Positions 48,354-61,584 of a stretch of 64,000 nt of DNA are shown in pieces (the stretch's first letter is position 1; each line of letters begins with the position of its first letter). The position numbers were made by a program, and so were the translations under genes. The notes below the pieces were generated by a model that ran no database searches, had not been told where the DNA came from, and saw only the letters and a list, made by a program, of their open reading frames with translations. Source of the stretch: Vitrella brassicaformis CCMP3155 (lineage: Eukaryota > Protista > Chromerida); contig CDMY01000457.1 in assembly GCA_001179505.1 (NCBI GenBank), forward strand, positions 9,347 through 73,346, read 5' to 3'.

Positions 48354-51300
48354 TCAGGCGTCCTCCTCTGCGCCGCCCGCCTCCGCCCCCCCTGCGGCCG
48401 GTAGGTTGCCGCTCGCCAGGGGCTGTGGCTGCTCGTAGATGAGGAAGTCGTCGGCCTTGTCCTCGCTCGGCGCCACCAGCATCCGCACCAGGTGCTTCTC
48501 GTGCAGCGAGAACAGCAGCACCTGCGGCAGCTGCTCGGCGTTGTTGAGCAGCTCCGTCTTGGCCCACGGCTCCACTATGTCGCCCCTGCACGCACGCCAC
48601 TGCTGCGGCTTGTGTGTCTGGTTGATGGCGTTGGTCTCGGGCTCGTCTACTGCACGGGTGTAGGTGATGAGGTCGTACTTCTGATGCGACTCGCCTGTCG
48701 CCTGGATCACCACGTCACCAGACGGCAGGCTGCCGTCGGGCGCGTCGGCGTGGCTCTTGGCCACCAGCCCCATCAGCACTGCAACGAATAAGGACATCAC
48801 ACACCACACAGTAGATGTAGACTGCATGGCGACCCGACCCGACCCACCCCCAATGGATTGTCTGTCGTGTGTCAGTCAAGTGGCGCACTCACTCACCGTA
48901 TTGCGGGTCGTGGTCTAGGTGCATGCGTGCGCATTTCGTGGACATCCACTCGGGCGGGACGGTGATGACCTCGTCCATGATGACACGACGGACGCCGCTC
49001 TCGGGCCAGGAGAGGAACACAAACCACCACGGGGGCAAGTTGCCCAACTGATCCACACACAACACAACACGACACATGGCATGCCTATCACCCTTCCTAA
49101 TTCCCTCCCTCCCCGTCCCTGCCCTCTGTGCCCCACTCACTGACTCACCTCTGCTGGAACGCCTTTCTTGTGTTTGGGTGGCTGGACGCCGTACACCTTG
49201 AGCTCGCCCGCGAAGGCCTTCTTGAGGATGTCGAGGAGCTTGATGTCCTCCGCGCCGCCGAGGCTCTTGATGTCGTCGTCGGTGATGATGATCTCAGTGT
49301 AGAAGTTGAGGTGCATCAGCCGCTCGGGCTTGTTGATCGCCTCGTTGAACGTGCCCGGCTCGACTAACGTAACGCTGAACATCCGACGCAACGCTGAGTC
49401 CTCTGAATGACATACACATACAGACAGAACGAGCAGAGAGACACCCATGTCATGCGTGTGTCCTGTGCCATCTCCCCCNNNNNNNNNNNNNNNNNNNNNN
49501 NNNNNNNNNNNNNNNNNNNNNNNNNNNNNNNNNNNNNNNNNNNNNNNNNNNNNNNNNNNNNNNNNNNNNNNNNNNNNNNNNNNNNNNNNNNNNNNNNNNN
49601 NNNNNNNNNNNNNNNNNNNNNNNNNNNNNNNNNNNNNNNNNNNNNNNNNNNNNNNNNNNNNNNNNNNNNNNNNNNNNNNNNNNNNNNNNNNNNNNNNNNN
49701 NNNNNNNNNNNNNNNNNNNNNNNNNNNNNNNNNNNNNNNNNNNNNNNNNNNNNNNNNNNNNNNNNNNNNNNNNNNNNNACCCACTCTCTCTCTCTCTCTC
49801 TCTCCTGTCCCCTGACCGACCGTTGTGTAGCTGCCCGCCCTTGAAGTCGGCGGCCTGCTTCTCCAACACACTCCGGTGCTTGACCCAGCGCATCTCCTCG
49901 TGCAGCCCACGCAACAGGAAGTCGCACATCTGCCGCAGCTGGGTGCGCACGCCGAGCTGGTCGCCGCCCAGGATGCCGTCGAGCGAGCGGAACTCTTGGG
50001 AGAGGTTGTAGCCCTGGTCGGTCTTCTTGCTGTTGACGAGGAACTGCTTGGCCACACGCGCCATGGTGGAGGTGAAGGGGCGGTTCAGGGGATCCGCATG
50101 GCAGTTGCTGATGTACTGCACACAGACAGACATCCATCCATCCACAGGCACATGAATGCATGTGTGTGTGTGTGTGACTGACCTGCATGAGGGCGTTGCA
50201 CCGGAGGAAGAGCGGCAGCAGGGCGTTGAATGCCTCGGGCGTCTGGTCGGTGGGGCCGGCGGTGGCGAGGGGCCGCATGGCAGTGTTGAGACGCAACTCG
50301 GCCTTCTTGACTACTTGGGCGTACTCGGGCTTCTGCACCACACGAACAGACAAAGCGACAGAGAGTCAGACACTCGTACGTATGTGTATGAAAGTGTGTG
50401 TGGGTGTCGTCAACTCACGTCAGAAGCCGCGGCAGCCTTGGCAATCTCGATGTCGTCTGAAACACACAACACAACACAACACATACACTCCAACATCCAT
50501 CGAATGCCGCCCACCTTCCCCCCTCCCTCCCTCGTTGACTCACCGCAGTCGGGCTTGATGAATGCCGGAGGCAGGAGGTGTTTCTGCTGGGCCTCGTACA
50601 ACAGGTAGGCCGTCATGGGTGTACCGCTGACGTCCCCCTTGCCACGCTGGTGGTCCTGGCCGCTGCCATGCTGCACGGGCACATACACCTTTTGCGGCTG
50701 TGGGCGCGGCGCCTGGTCCGCCCCCGTGTCGGGAGGGGTGGACCCAGGTGCCGCTAGGCCACCGTCGCGCTCCTGCTGGGCCTGCTGCTGCTGCTGGGCA
50801 TGATGCTTGCCGTGCGCCTGGTGTGCTGGATGGTGCTGGGGGTGGTGTGCGTGGGGCGGGTGATGGTCTCTGCCGTGTCCATGAGCGTGGCCGCCGTGCG
50901 CGTGTGCCCCGCGGCCATGTCCGTGGCCATGGGGATGGGGAGCCGTCGGGCCATGGCCGTGGGCGTGTGGAAACCCACCTCGACCTAACATGACACAGGA
51001 CGCACACGGACGACCCATTGACAGAGGACCAGAGTGGGTGTGTGGCGTGTCCGCCTGTGTGCGTACCTCCGCCGCCGCCCCGTCCCGGCCTGTGTGGGCC
51101 CCCACCGCCCCGGCCCATCCGGAACTCGTGTGGGTGTCCTGTGGGTGAGCCGCCGCCGTTGCTGCCGGGGCTGGAGCCGTTGTGCTTGCTGCCCCACTCC
51201 TGGAGGGAGCTCTCCTGGATGATCGACTTGCGGTTGGGTTTGAACTCGACCTGCTGCTCCCAGAAGTTAAACTGACCACACACACACACACACACATGGA

Positions 51301-53992
51301 CGTATGAGCGTGTGTGTGGCTAGTTGGGGGTGGGGGTGTGGGGGGTGAGGTGGGGGTGTACCCTGTGTCCGCTTCTGGATCTGTGCAGGAGGTAGATGGC
51401 GGCGTCGTAGGTGCTCATGGTGACGTAGCCAGTGTGGCACGGCTGGTTCCACCCCGAGTGCCCGTTGGGGTTCGTCTGCATACGCTTAACATGACCAAAA
51501 TCTAGCCACACAAACAATCAGGGAGAGACGAGCAATGAGAACAGGTGCCGCCTTGGGTGCGTCTGCATGTGTTCCGCTTGTTGCCGGCGCGTACCGTCGG
51601 CCCACTTCTGTATTTCGTTTGCGAAGGCGTTGCGCATCTCCAGGTGCTCGCGGTCCTCCTCCGGCACGAACGAACACCAGACGGTGCGATCCTCCTCTGC
51701 AGACCGCACACGTAAAGACATGCCGCTTTCTCATCGTGTGCGTTGATTTGTGTGTGTGGACAAGGGCGTGTGCGCGTACCAGTAGGGTTCTTCTTGCGCG
51801 CCGCGATCTCCTCCTCGTTGGCTGAGGGAACGAAGCGCCCTCACACACATACACCGCAGATAGAGAGATGTGGATGCGCGTGTGTGGGTGTGCTATGTAC
51901 TCAACATTCATCCACCCATCCCACGTGTGCGTACGTTTGTGTGGGGCGGGTGCGGTTCTTTCGCTAACTAGCTCTATGATCTCGCGCAGCACGTCGGTGC
52001 GCTTCTGGAAGTCGTCGTAGTCCTCCAACTGCACAGACCTGAACACATCACCCACCCCACGCGCCCACATATCAAACACGTCTGAGAAGCATGGCCTCCC
52101 TCCCTCCCTCCCTCCCTCCCTCCCCCCTCTCTCATCGCTCGGCTACTCACCCCCAGTGTCCCGTTTTGCCTCTGTAGTCGTTGCCGTGCACAGACATCTT
52201 GCCCTTGCGGGCGAGCTGCTGCTTCATGACCGTAAGCTTGGTCAGCGTGTGGCTCGGCACGAGCATCGACGACCACTGCTCGTGGTACCCCTGCTCACGG
52301 CAATACTCCAACATCAACCTACTCACACAGGAAGACCACATCCATCCACGGGGGTGTACGTGTGTGTCTTGGTGTGCCGGTGTGTGTGGCAACTGACACT
52401 ATGGATCCCATGAGGGTGTCTTTGACGTCATTGTCCTTGTTGGTGGCGCCAAAGACGACGATGGCGCTGTTGCCGGAGTCCTGTTTCTCCTCTACGCCGA
52501 AGAGTGCGGCAGGGTTCTTGACGAGGCAGTACCGGAGGCAGCCCGAGCGGTGCATGCTCGACACCGTGTCCTTGGTGTAGAACTCCACCGCCTTGGCCGT
52601 CATGACGTCCACCATCAGGAATATCGCATACAGCGGCTGGCGCAACATCTCCTCTATGCTCAGAGACTGACGCATACACACGACACACACCAACACAGTG
52701 CAAGAACGGATTGCCCGTCATGGATTCCATGGATGTGTGTGTGCACGCGTACCTTGGCCCCACTCGCCTCCCGACCAGCCGCACTGTTCTGCAACGCGAT
52801 GGCGTCAGGCACGTCGCCACCCACTATCAGTGCCTCGATGGTGGCGCGCGACTCGGGATCCATTGTGGGGTCGTCCAGCGCCTTCAAGTAAGTGGCGCGG
52901 TCGCCAGCAACAGCCGACGACGCGTGGGTCGATGGCGTGGGTGGTGGCGGGTGAGCGGGCTTGGGAGGCGGTAGGAACGCCCCCTGCTGCTGCTGTTGTT
53001 GCTGCTGTTGCTGCTGTTTGGCTGGTGCGGGGGGTGGGTGAGCGGGGCGGTTGTTCGGGACGATGCTGGTGGGTGTCGCAACCTCGTCAACGCCTGAACA
53101 TAACACAACATACAATACAACACAAACATCACACAACACGATGATGTTGACCGCGTTGGGCTGCGTTTCCGAGCTTCTGACCTCGCTTGACCCCCGTGGG
53201 TGGCTGGGGTGGCGGGTGTGAGGGAGGGGGCTGGATGTTGGGCACACTGGGTGCCTGCTGCTGGGGGGGCTGCAGCTGCTGTTGCTGTTGCTGCTGTTGT
53301 GGTGGCTGACGGGGTGTGGGTGCGGGGACCTTGGGGAGCACTGGGTGAGAGGCACCCGCCTTGGCTACTGGGTTGATCGATGCACCTTCCTGCACACACG
53401 ACACCACATGGAGGGTGATTCGCATCCCACATCCATTTATGTGTTCACCCACCCCCCCACTCACCTTTCTGAAAACGATCTGCATGAGTTGGTCCACCTT
53501 CCTATCCACCTCCCCCAGCCGCTTGTCCATCCCACGCACACACCCCTCAACCACACGACGAATGGCCTCCTCCAGCTCGGGCAGCGTCATCGTCCCCACA
53601 ATCCCGCTCGATGGGCTGCTGGTGACGCTCGCATGGTGCCCCTTGCGGCCGTTGCTGCCGGCTGGAGGGGTGAAGGCGGCCTCTCCGTTGAGGTCGGCGT
53701 AGGGGCTCTGCCGCTGGTCGGTCCCGACATGGTACTGCTGCTGCTGCTGTGCTGCCTGCTCCTGCTGCTGGTCGGGGTAGACGTCGCCGTACTCGGGCGG
53801 CTGCCGCTGCTGTTGCGCGTAGTACTGCAGGTAGTCGGCGTCATACGCGTTGCCGTGTGCCTGTCCGTGAGAGGAGGGCGTGAATGGGGCGGCTTCGCTG
53901 TTCATGCAGTGGCCGCTGTCGTCATTGGAGGTGGTACGGTGGCCCTGATAGCCGTGGTCATATGCGCCGTATGACCCAGAATAGGGATCCAT
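48354..53992 (-). CDS. Q/P/H/G-rich protein with RRM-like domain(s) and a C-terminal catalytically degenerate USP (UCH) fold
   Basis: RRM-like TVWCSFVP...DFGHVKRM...HTGYVTMSTYDAAIYLL. USP boxes in order: RPLATAG..TPEAFNALLPLFLRC, QLRQMCDFLLRGLHEEM, ALRRMFSVTL, MHLNF, IKLLDILKKAFAGE, LPPWWFVFL, KYDLITY, WRACRGDIV, VLLFSL. Confidence 0.65.
49479..49778. other. Scaffold gap (300 N)
   Basis: N run flanked by C-runs and a (CT)n repeat. Confidence 0.99.
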
Positions 53993-54238
53993 CTTGTGCG
54001 CGCTTGCGCCGAAAGGGGAGATGTGGCAAAACCAGAGGCGAAACGGGCGCTGAGCTACATGAAAACTGCCGAAATGCGTCTAATCCTCCCCTCGACGAGC
54101 TCCTGCGAGCTTGAAGCCAAAAGAGGAGTGGTTTTTCGTTGCTGAGGTTTAGATGGAGGTGAAGTTTGGAGCATAGTGGACATCACAGCGTCCTCACAGC
54201 GTAGATCTCTCTCACTATCATCCTGGCCGCACCAGATC

Positions 54239-57200
54239 ATGCGCGTTGTCCGTGTGATTGCATTCATCCTCGCTGCCGGAGCACATGGGGCTGCCACAGG
54301 GCCCAACTCGCCCTCGCCAAACCGCCCACAGCCACCAACCAGCAGCGTACCGAAGGTTTTCCACGCAAGACAGGTGCAAGGCTGCAGCCACTATGTGCAG
54401 ACAATTGTGTTGGTTGTCCTTTTCAGGCGTTGGATGGCAACCTGCGGCAGGTCGCGTGGATTGGCGGCGAACTGCCAGACAAGTGCAACCAAGAGTAAGA
54501 GGGAACAAGGAGCAACACAACAGACTTGTACTCGCTACGTATACGCCCTTTCCTTGATCAGGTGTCGTTCGTCGTGTCTGGCTAACGCAGCCCTCCGCCC
54601 CTCGACCACAGACGACTGCCTCTTCCGCTGCTCATGCCTTGCCACACCTTCACGAGCCATAGCCGTCACATCCACTGGAAAGGCCTATATTGCCGAGCCG
54701 CATAGACTGCCGCAGAAGAGTCGAGAGAAAGGCTTTGCCTTTGAGGAGCTCGGTGAGCGGCTGATGGGTGGATTGGTGCTTGACGGACCGCAGGGCGTCG
54801 TACAAGTGAAAGCCAGGTAAAAAGAGAGATGTGATGCAGCGCAAGCGTGTTCATATCTGCGTCTATCTTTGTCGTATGGATTGATGTCAGCCCAGTGGAT
54901 CCTCGTGCGATGGTTGTGTTGACCAACACACGAGTGTGACGTGGATCAGCATGGATGGGGCCGTGACGCTGAGGCCATTCAGACTGCAGGCTCACTTGCC
55001 GAGGAGAGCGCCAGAGACACACAGTGACATCAAGTATGCGAGAATCGACACACAGACGACACCATCATTCTCTCTTGCCGCCCATTCGTGCAGGCTGACA
55101 GGGTGGACGTGGCATCCATACGTGTCTAGCTGGGTGAGTACACACATATGGACGCACGGACATGCCCCGCACACACGGACATATGTGCACATACATTTTC
55201 TCGTACCGTGTATGGCGCATGTCTCTTGGTGTCCGCCAGGCACTAGCAGAGGCCTTGCTTGACCCTGTGTGCCAGCCGTCCCCCTACCAGCACTGCCACA
55301 AGATCCTCTTCGTCACACGTGACGCCGGCGTGTCGTTCGAATGGGTGGCATCAGACGTAATTGACCACTACTGGGGCGTCGCACACTCTCCAGACCCATC
55401 AGCACACGCACATGAAGACCGTCACGAACACCTCTTCCTCGACATGTTCCCCTCAGTCAAGGTGAGCTCAATAGAGAGACATGCCGATCGATGGGTGAAC
55501 GTAGAGGCGTCGGGTATGTGTGCGTCAGCGTCACAGTATGGAGGACATGCGGCGGCTGTATATCGTCAGATGCGGCGCGTGCACGCAGCTGTCACGACCA
55601 CCGGCACACAGTAGAAAGGAAAACAAAAGTGAGAACATGAACCGGTCACTTGATCTACCCACGGACTCTTGCGTTTTTCGTTGTCAGAGCCGTCCGGCGA
55701 CGCTGCTCGCCTTGCATCCGCCCCTGTAGACAGGCCAGTGGAGTTGCCTCAGGACGTTTATGCCTTCCGCAAAGGGGCGCCGTCACGCCACGGCCACAGA
55801 GGGGCCGACACAGCTTCATCACTGCGTCGCGGCCATGGTTGGTTCGACGAGGAGCTGGATCTCTTCGAGACGATCAACTTCGACGCCGATGAGAGAATCG
55901 TCATGAAGGGGGCCCAGAGGTGGGCAGGGTAGGACACAGGTGGGTATTGCCAGGGTAAGCGCATTTGTGTGTTGGTATGGTGCAGGTATCACTTTGCGAG
56001 TTCGTTCATCTTTGCCGTGGCCAAAGAGAGCAACGACGCACACAGAGTACGTCATGCCAGAGGCAGGGCACATGTGTGTGGACGTGGATGTGTGGAGGCC
56101 TCAGCTTGCTTTGTGGGTGTATTCGCGAGACCATCGATACTACAGACGGAAACCCAGTACGCCCACAGAAAGGCTGAGAAAGCTGCATCCATGGCTGAGA
56201 GTCCACGGTTACTGTGTTTCCTCTGCAGCTTTCAGCAAGGCATCCTTTCCCCCTGATGTGGTTCTGACCGACGCGCAGTTGCTCGATATGAAGCTCTTGG
56301 TTGGACCCTACAGGCACACCAAGAGACATGGACTCACAAGCGGCGGTTTGTGTGTTTTGTGCAGTGGACATCTGCTGACCGGGCCTACATCTACCTTCCG
56401 AGCACTTCGCGACAGTTGCCGTGGGGACACATATTCACATGCGACTTCAAAGTATCCATACACCATCTTAACTACACAGCCAGATGCACACGGCCAACTG
56501 ACTGGGGCTTCCTTGCTTTCAATGCAGGGTCACCGATTCAAGCTGTCGTTGGCGTTTGTGGCTGAAGACCGGACCACCGGGCGTGTGCAGTGGGGCCACA
56601 TGCCAGGCATCCCTGCTGCCCTGGTGGCCAATCGTGTCCACACCTAGGGAGAGGGCTGGTCTGACGTCATCCTTGGCCTCGCGAGACAGGACGACCACAC
56701 CGCGGGTCAGCCTCTTTGGCGAGTGGGGGATGGTGGGGCTGCTGAAACACAAGATGACGCGCAAGACACACAGGTGGGGGGGGGGGGGGGANNNNNNNNN
56801 NNNNNNNNNNNNNNNNNNNNNNNNNNNNNNNNNNNNNNNNNNNNNNNNNNNNNNNNNNNNNNNNNNNNNNNNNNNNNNNNNNNNNNNNNNNNNNNNNNNN
56901 NNNNNNNNNNNNNNNNNNNNNNNNNNNNNNNNNNNNNNNNNNNNNNNNNNNNNNNNNNNNNNNNNNNNNNNNNNNNNNNNNNNNNNNNNNNNNNNNNNNN
57001 NNNNNNNNNNNNNNNNNNNNNNNNNNNNNNNNNNNNNNNNNNNNNNNNNNNNNNNNNNNNNNNNNNNNNNNNNNNNNNNNNNNNNNNNNNNGGGGGGGGG
57101 GGGGGGATCAGAAGGAGCTGGCTGAGCTAGGAATCTTGCGGTGGCTTATGTCAGGCCCGGCATTCCCTCGATGATTTACCCGTGGTGACGTACATGTCAT

Positions 57201-59327
57201 GGAACAGCGGGGCATCCTGGTACAGGCTCAGGCCGCCAGCCAAGCCGCAGTTCGTAAGCCAGCAAGGGACATGCAAGCATCAAAAACATGAATGTGTTGA
57301 TCTCATCAAGGGTTCCGATTTTGGGTGCGATGCATCTGGGTCTGACACTCGATGCATGCTGCACCTCGACGAATGGATGTCCACCGAGGCAGCACCGGGG
57401 CTCATCGTCGGTAGGACGCCAAAAGGGACATAGGAAAGCATACAGACGATGCTCTGTGTGGATCCACTGCAGGTCGTGGGAATGTTGGCTATCAGCTGAT
57501 GAAGGAGGTGCCAGGAATGGTCAGCCCAGCAGAAACCACCATTCATGGCTTTGTTTGCGTGCATCCGTATGGTTATGCTCTACAGATTGGCGTGTTCGTG
57601 TCCCATGACGGGGGACAAACATGGATGCAGTCACTCCCTGGAGGTACCCGGCCGAAAGAAGCCAGCGGTGAGGGTCCGCTTTTTTATTGTGTATGTCTGT
57701 CGCATCCAGATTGGGAGGTGTCTATACTGTTGGGCGGTGACGTCCTGCTCGCTTCTCATAAAGACGGCACAATCGCATTCTCAAGATACTCAACCGACTG
57801 GGGCCTTAATTGGCACCCAGTCGCCATGGCTGAGATCACTCGTGACGCCACGCTATGGCTCCATCGCGTGCTGGCGTCGCCCCCACACACGTCGGCACAG
57901 GTGCTAGTGTGGACCACCGGCAGGCCGCATACACCATGGGAACCACTGGACATGGTCAAAGGCAAGGGCATGGCGGCCGTTGTGGGCGGTCAGAAGCAGC
58001 AGCTGGCCTTTCGGCCATATCTGGTGGCCATCGACTTTGACGGCGTCTTCGACAGAGAGTGCAAATGTGAGACACGCACAGGGAATGGGGCGACGAGTCC
58101 ATGTGACGTACATCGAGCGTTGTGTGTTGTCGCAGGTTGGGACAGCATCGATCTCACTGCGTCTGACTTCGAGGACTGGCCGAAGGAAGCCGACCGTTGC
58201 CACATGGGACAGACGGTCAGTGGCCAGAAACTCGCCGCAAAGACAAGAAAAAAAAGGAAACGCTGTCTGTGTCTGCTGCAGGTGTACTTGGTGCGCAGAA
58301 AGCCCGCTGCTGCGTGCCGGTCTGGCAACCACCTGGCAGAGGCTGTTTCCTTCACCGCCTGCAAGTGCACATCAGAGGACTTCGAGTGCGACTACGGCTT
58401 CGAACGGGGACGAGGTAGTGATGGAGGGCAGCCGCCCACGTGCCACCCGATTGACGACAGCGTGTATCCCGACCCGACGAATGCGACCGAGCTGTGTGCC
58501 CACCGGGGGGAGCCACATGCGTTCGTCAGCAAGGGATTTGTGCGCATACCGGGCGACAGGTAGGGGGCTCAATGCTCTTCTCAGCATATCTGCATGATGT
58601 GTGCCGGTTTTCTCTGTGTCTCTATGTGCCTGTTCGTGCCAGGTGCGTCGGCGGTGAGGCGTGGGCGCCAGAGAAAGTGATCTGCCCGGCCAACATTGGT
58701 ATGCACGCAGAAGGACAGCATGTACTTATCAGCTCGGCTTATCATCCTCTGCGTGTGCCTGAATGCAGGGATCGCCGGGATCTTGCATCGCCTCGAGAGG
58801 TCGCACTACCTCATCCTCGCCTTCTTGCTGGTCAGAATTGTCAAGAAACCAGTCACGAGACACCATCCGTGCAATCAAACCCGGTGTGTGTTGCGGGGAT
58901 GCAGGTGGGCGTCATTGTCTATTTCATCCTCAAGACAAGCGACAAGGACCGGCAGCTCTGGCGGCGTCTCATTGCATCCGCCGCCAGCCATGCGTCCCTC
59001 TTCACATCGAGACACAAACTCGACACCGACGAGGACACCGAATACACCCTGGTCGACACACGAGCCCCCGAAGACCATCACCCGCGGGCAGCCAGCAGCA
59101 GAAGGGTCGCCTATCGGCAGCTGCAGCTGCAGGAGCGGTCGAGTGCAGGGAGGGGAGATCTGGACCCCCGTGAGTGGCTCGAGGAAGATGAGGGAGAGGG
59201 GAGGCGTGCGAGGCGTCCGCTGCGGAGGCCAAGCAGGGGGGAGAATGTGTTCAGACTGACTAGCTGTCTGCAGGATGAGTTCGAACAAGAGCTGGATGGC
59301 ATGATGCGCCAGGAGACATACGCGTGA
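54239..59327 (+). CDS. VPS10-domain sorting receptor (sortilin-like): signal peptide, BNR/Asp-box propeller, 10CC domain, TM helix and cytosolic tail
   Basis: Signal MRVVRVIAFILAAGAHG; Asp-boxes FVTRDAGVSF, YMSWNSGASW, FVSHDGGQTW and YSTDWGLNW; APGLIV|GRGNVG; CKCTSEDFECDYGF; VRIPGDR|CVGG; TM LILAFLLV|VGVIVYFIL; tail containing YTLV. Confidence 0.9.
56792..57091. other. Scaffold gap (300 N) flanked by poly-G
   Basis: N run with long G homopolymers on both sides. Confidence 0.99.
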
Positions 59328-59684
59328 ATCTCTTCACTCTCAGTCCGAATTCGTCACATCAGATCATGTTGCACGCCCGTATCTTGCCATCACCACCACA
59401 CGCACACATCGTCCCCCTCCCACGTACAGGTTCCCCCCCTCCCTCTCCCCTTTATCCCGCCATCCATATGCCTCCGTCCATGTCTCACAGTCGGAGCAAC
59501 GTTTGGGCGTCCTGCTTGTCACACCATGGCCACTGTCCATGGGTAGGCTGCTGCCGCGTCGCCCTGGTTGAGGTACACGTTGTAGTTAGCATTGGGCTGG
59601 GGGGACTCGGTGGTGTAGAGGGTGGCCGTGGAGTAGAGGTGCATGGATATCAGCTGGATGTAGAATATACCCCCTCGGAACCCA

Positions 59685-59790
59685 CTTGACGTGTGCGTCC
59701 TACCTTCTCGATGCTGTGTGCGGAGTCACGAGGAAAATAAGCCAAGAGATATAAAATGTAGGCAACGATCCTGAGACCTGACATCGACAC
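59685..59790 (-). repeat. Exon-like cassette copy 1 (cag|gtctcaggatcgttgcctac...atcgagaag|gtagg)
   Basis: Near-identical to 61585-61705 and partly to 62445-62540. Confidence 0.9.
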
Positions 59791-60893
59791 AAACGATCCC
59801 GAGCGCGTCTCTCCTTGATACTCCGATAATCTGCTGGTACGAGGCCACCCGTCCCTTGCTCCCCGGCCGCTTTTGGTGGTATCTTGGGCTTCAGATCGCA
59901 CCCTGCTGCTCACTCACTCACCGCTTCGCGCGCCCGTCGCCACTATCACCTCGGCGTCCATCTCGTATACCAGCTTCTCGATGAGGCGAATGGCCGCCGT
60001 CTCGCACTGCTGGAGCTGGCTGTCCATTACCACCCTCTCCCCCACCCCCACAGTGCCCACACCCCGAGTCCTTGTCAGCCACTGTGTTGGCACGAGGGTG
60101 TTGTCCATGTCGAGGATTGCGAGAAACTCCCTCTCCTTGCCCACCCCGGGCTTGACGCCGTATGGGAGCCGGGGCACTTTGCCAGCCTCCCTCTTCCTCG
60201 CCACCTGCTCGCCGTCCCTGCCCCTCTTCTTGGCGTTCACCGGCAGATCATCCCGCAACATGCCGTCCCGACTGGACGCTTGTCCTTTGGCGGCGGCGGC
60301 TGCTGCAGCGGGGAAGACGATGGCGTCGTCTCTTGGGTGGCCGCGCTGAGCGGTCCTGGGCTTGTGAGGGTTGCGATCCTGGTGTCTCTCGTTGGACTTC
60401 AGAGACGGGAAGAAGAAGAGGGCACGAGACTGTCTTGTCGGCACAGTGGAGGCAGGGCACTGGCACGGTGGCCACTAGCAGGTCCCGCCTTGCCCTGGAA
60501 GAGACAACACATAAAGATGCAGGTGGAGAATAGCATGTGCATATGCATGCGCTGAGCTTAGATGGAGAGACCCGGGTTTGTCTGTACATGCAGACCTACC
60601 TTGTGTGTACATGCAGACCCTCCCTCTCCCATCATCTTCAACTTGATCCCGAGCGCCAACCGCTTCCACCCCTCCATGGCCCTGACGCGCCTCGCCTTGA
60701 TCCTCTGACGGTCTGCTGGCACGAGGCCGCCCGTTCCTTCCTCCCCCGTGGTTTTTGACGGTGCCTTGGACTTCAGATTGGCACCCCGACCGTGTCTGTC
60801 CCTCTCCTCTTGGCGTCTCCTCCCGGCGCCAGGCGGCTCGTGCAGTCTGCCGCTCTCGTCACGCCAGACGTGTGGGCTGGGGTAGGTCGGCAA
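59690..60893 (-). CDS. HAD-superfamily hydrolase-like protein (DxDNT motif); 5' and 3' structure uncertain
   Basis: FLAILDMDNTLVPTQWL (HAD motif I) and VIVATGA (motif II) in ORF 59914-60444, followed by a GTGAG donor. Upstream exons are only tentatively joined. Confidence 0.55.
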
Positions 60894-61049
60894 AAGGAGA
60901 AGTTGGCAGCGGTGACATCATCAATCGACCACAGAGCTCTTTCGCCCACCAGCAGGCCGGAATTGTCATGACGGAGGCTTTCTCCCTTGACGGCCGATGC
61001 TGATGAAGATAACATGACGAGTGCTGGCGAACGGATTCCTGTTGACGAA

Positions 61050-61093
61050 GAAAGAGCAAAGTATCAGTGCAGAAAGAGCAAAGTATCAGTGCA
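61050..61093. repeat. Perfect 22-nt tandem duplication GAAAGAGCAAAGTATCAGTGCA x2
   Basis: Read directly at 61050-61071 and 61072-61093. Confidence 0.95.
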
Positions 61094-61584
61094 AACGAGG
61101 ACTGCTGAGCCAACGAGAGTGTGTTGGTGGATCAGCGGAGGCAGGCCACGAGCAGGTCCGACTTTGCAGCTGCGTATCTCTTGCCCTAGAAGAGATAGGC
61201 ACACACAAACACAGATGAAGAAGGGCATGCGTATTTCTGGCTTCTCTACATGCACACCTACCTTGTGTGTACCGATGCAGAGGAGAGAGGACGCGTGGGG
61301 GGCCATCGCAGGCCTGCTTCCGGGCTCATGATGTCGCTGCGGAGGAGCAGGATCCCCTGACGCCGCCTGACTCTCGCGCCGCCCTCAGCTGGTCCTTGCG
61401 CTCCTGGTTGGCCGCACAGACAGCTCGAAGTGCAGATGATGGATGGATGGATGGATGGATCCAGTTGGAGGTCCGTCAACCCCCTCATGCATCAGGTGGG
61501 GCATGCCTGGCTGATGTGCGGATCAGAGCATCGCCATCATGCCGAGCCTGCACTCACACACGGCAAAGATACCCCCCTCGATAC

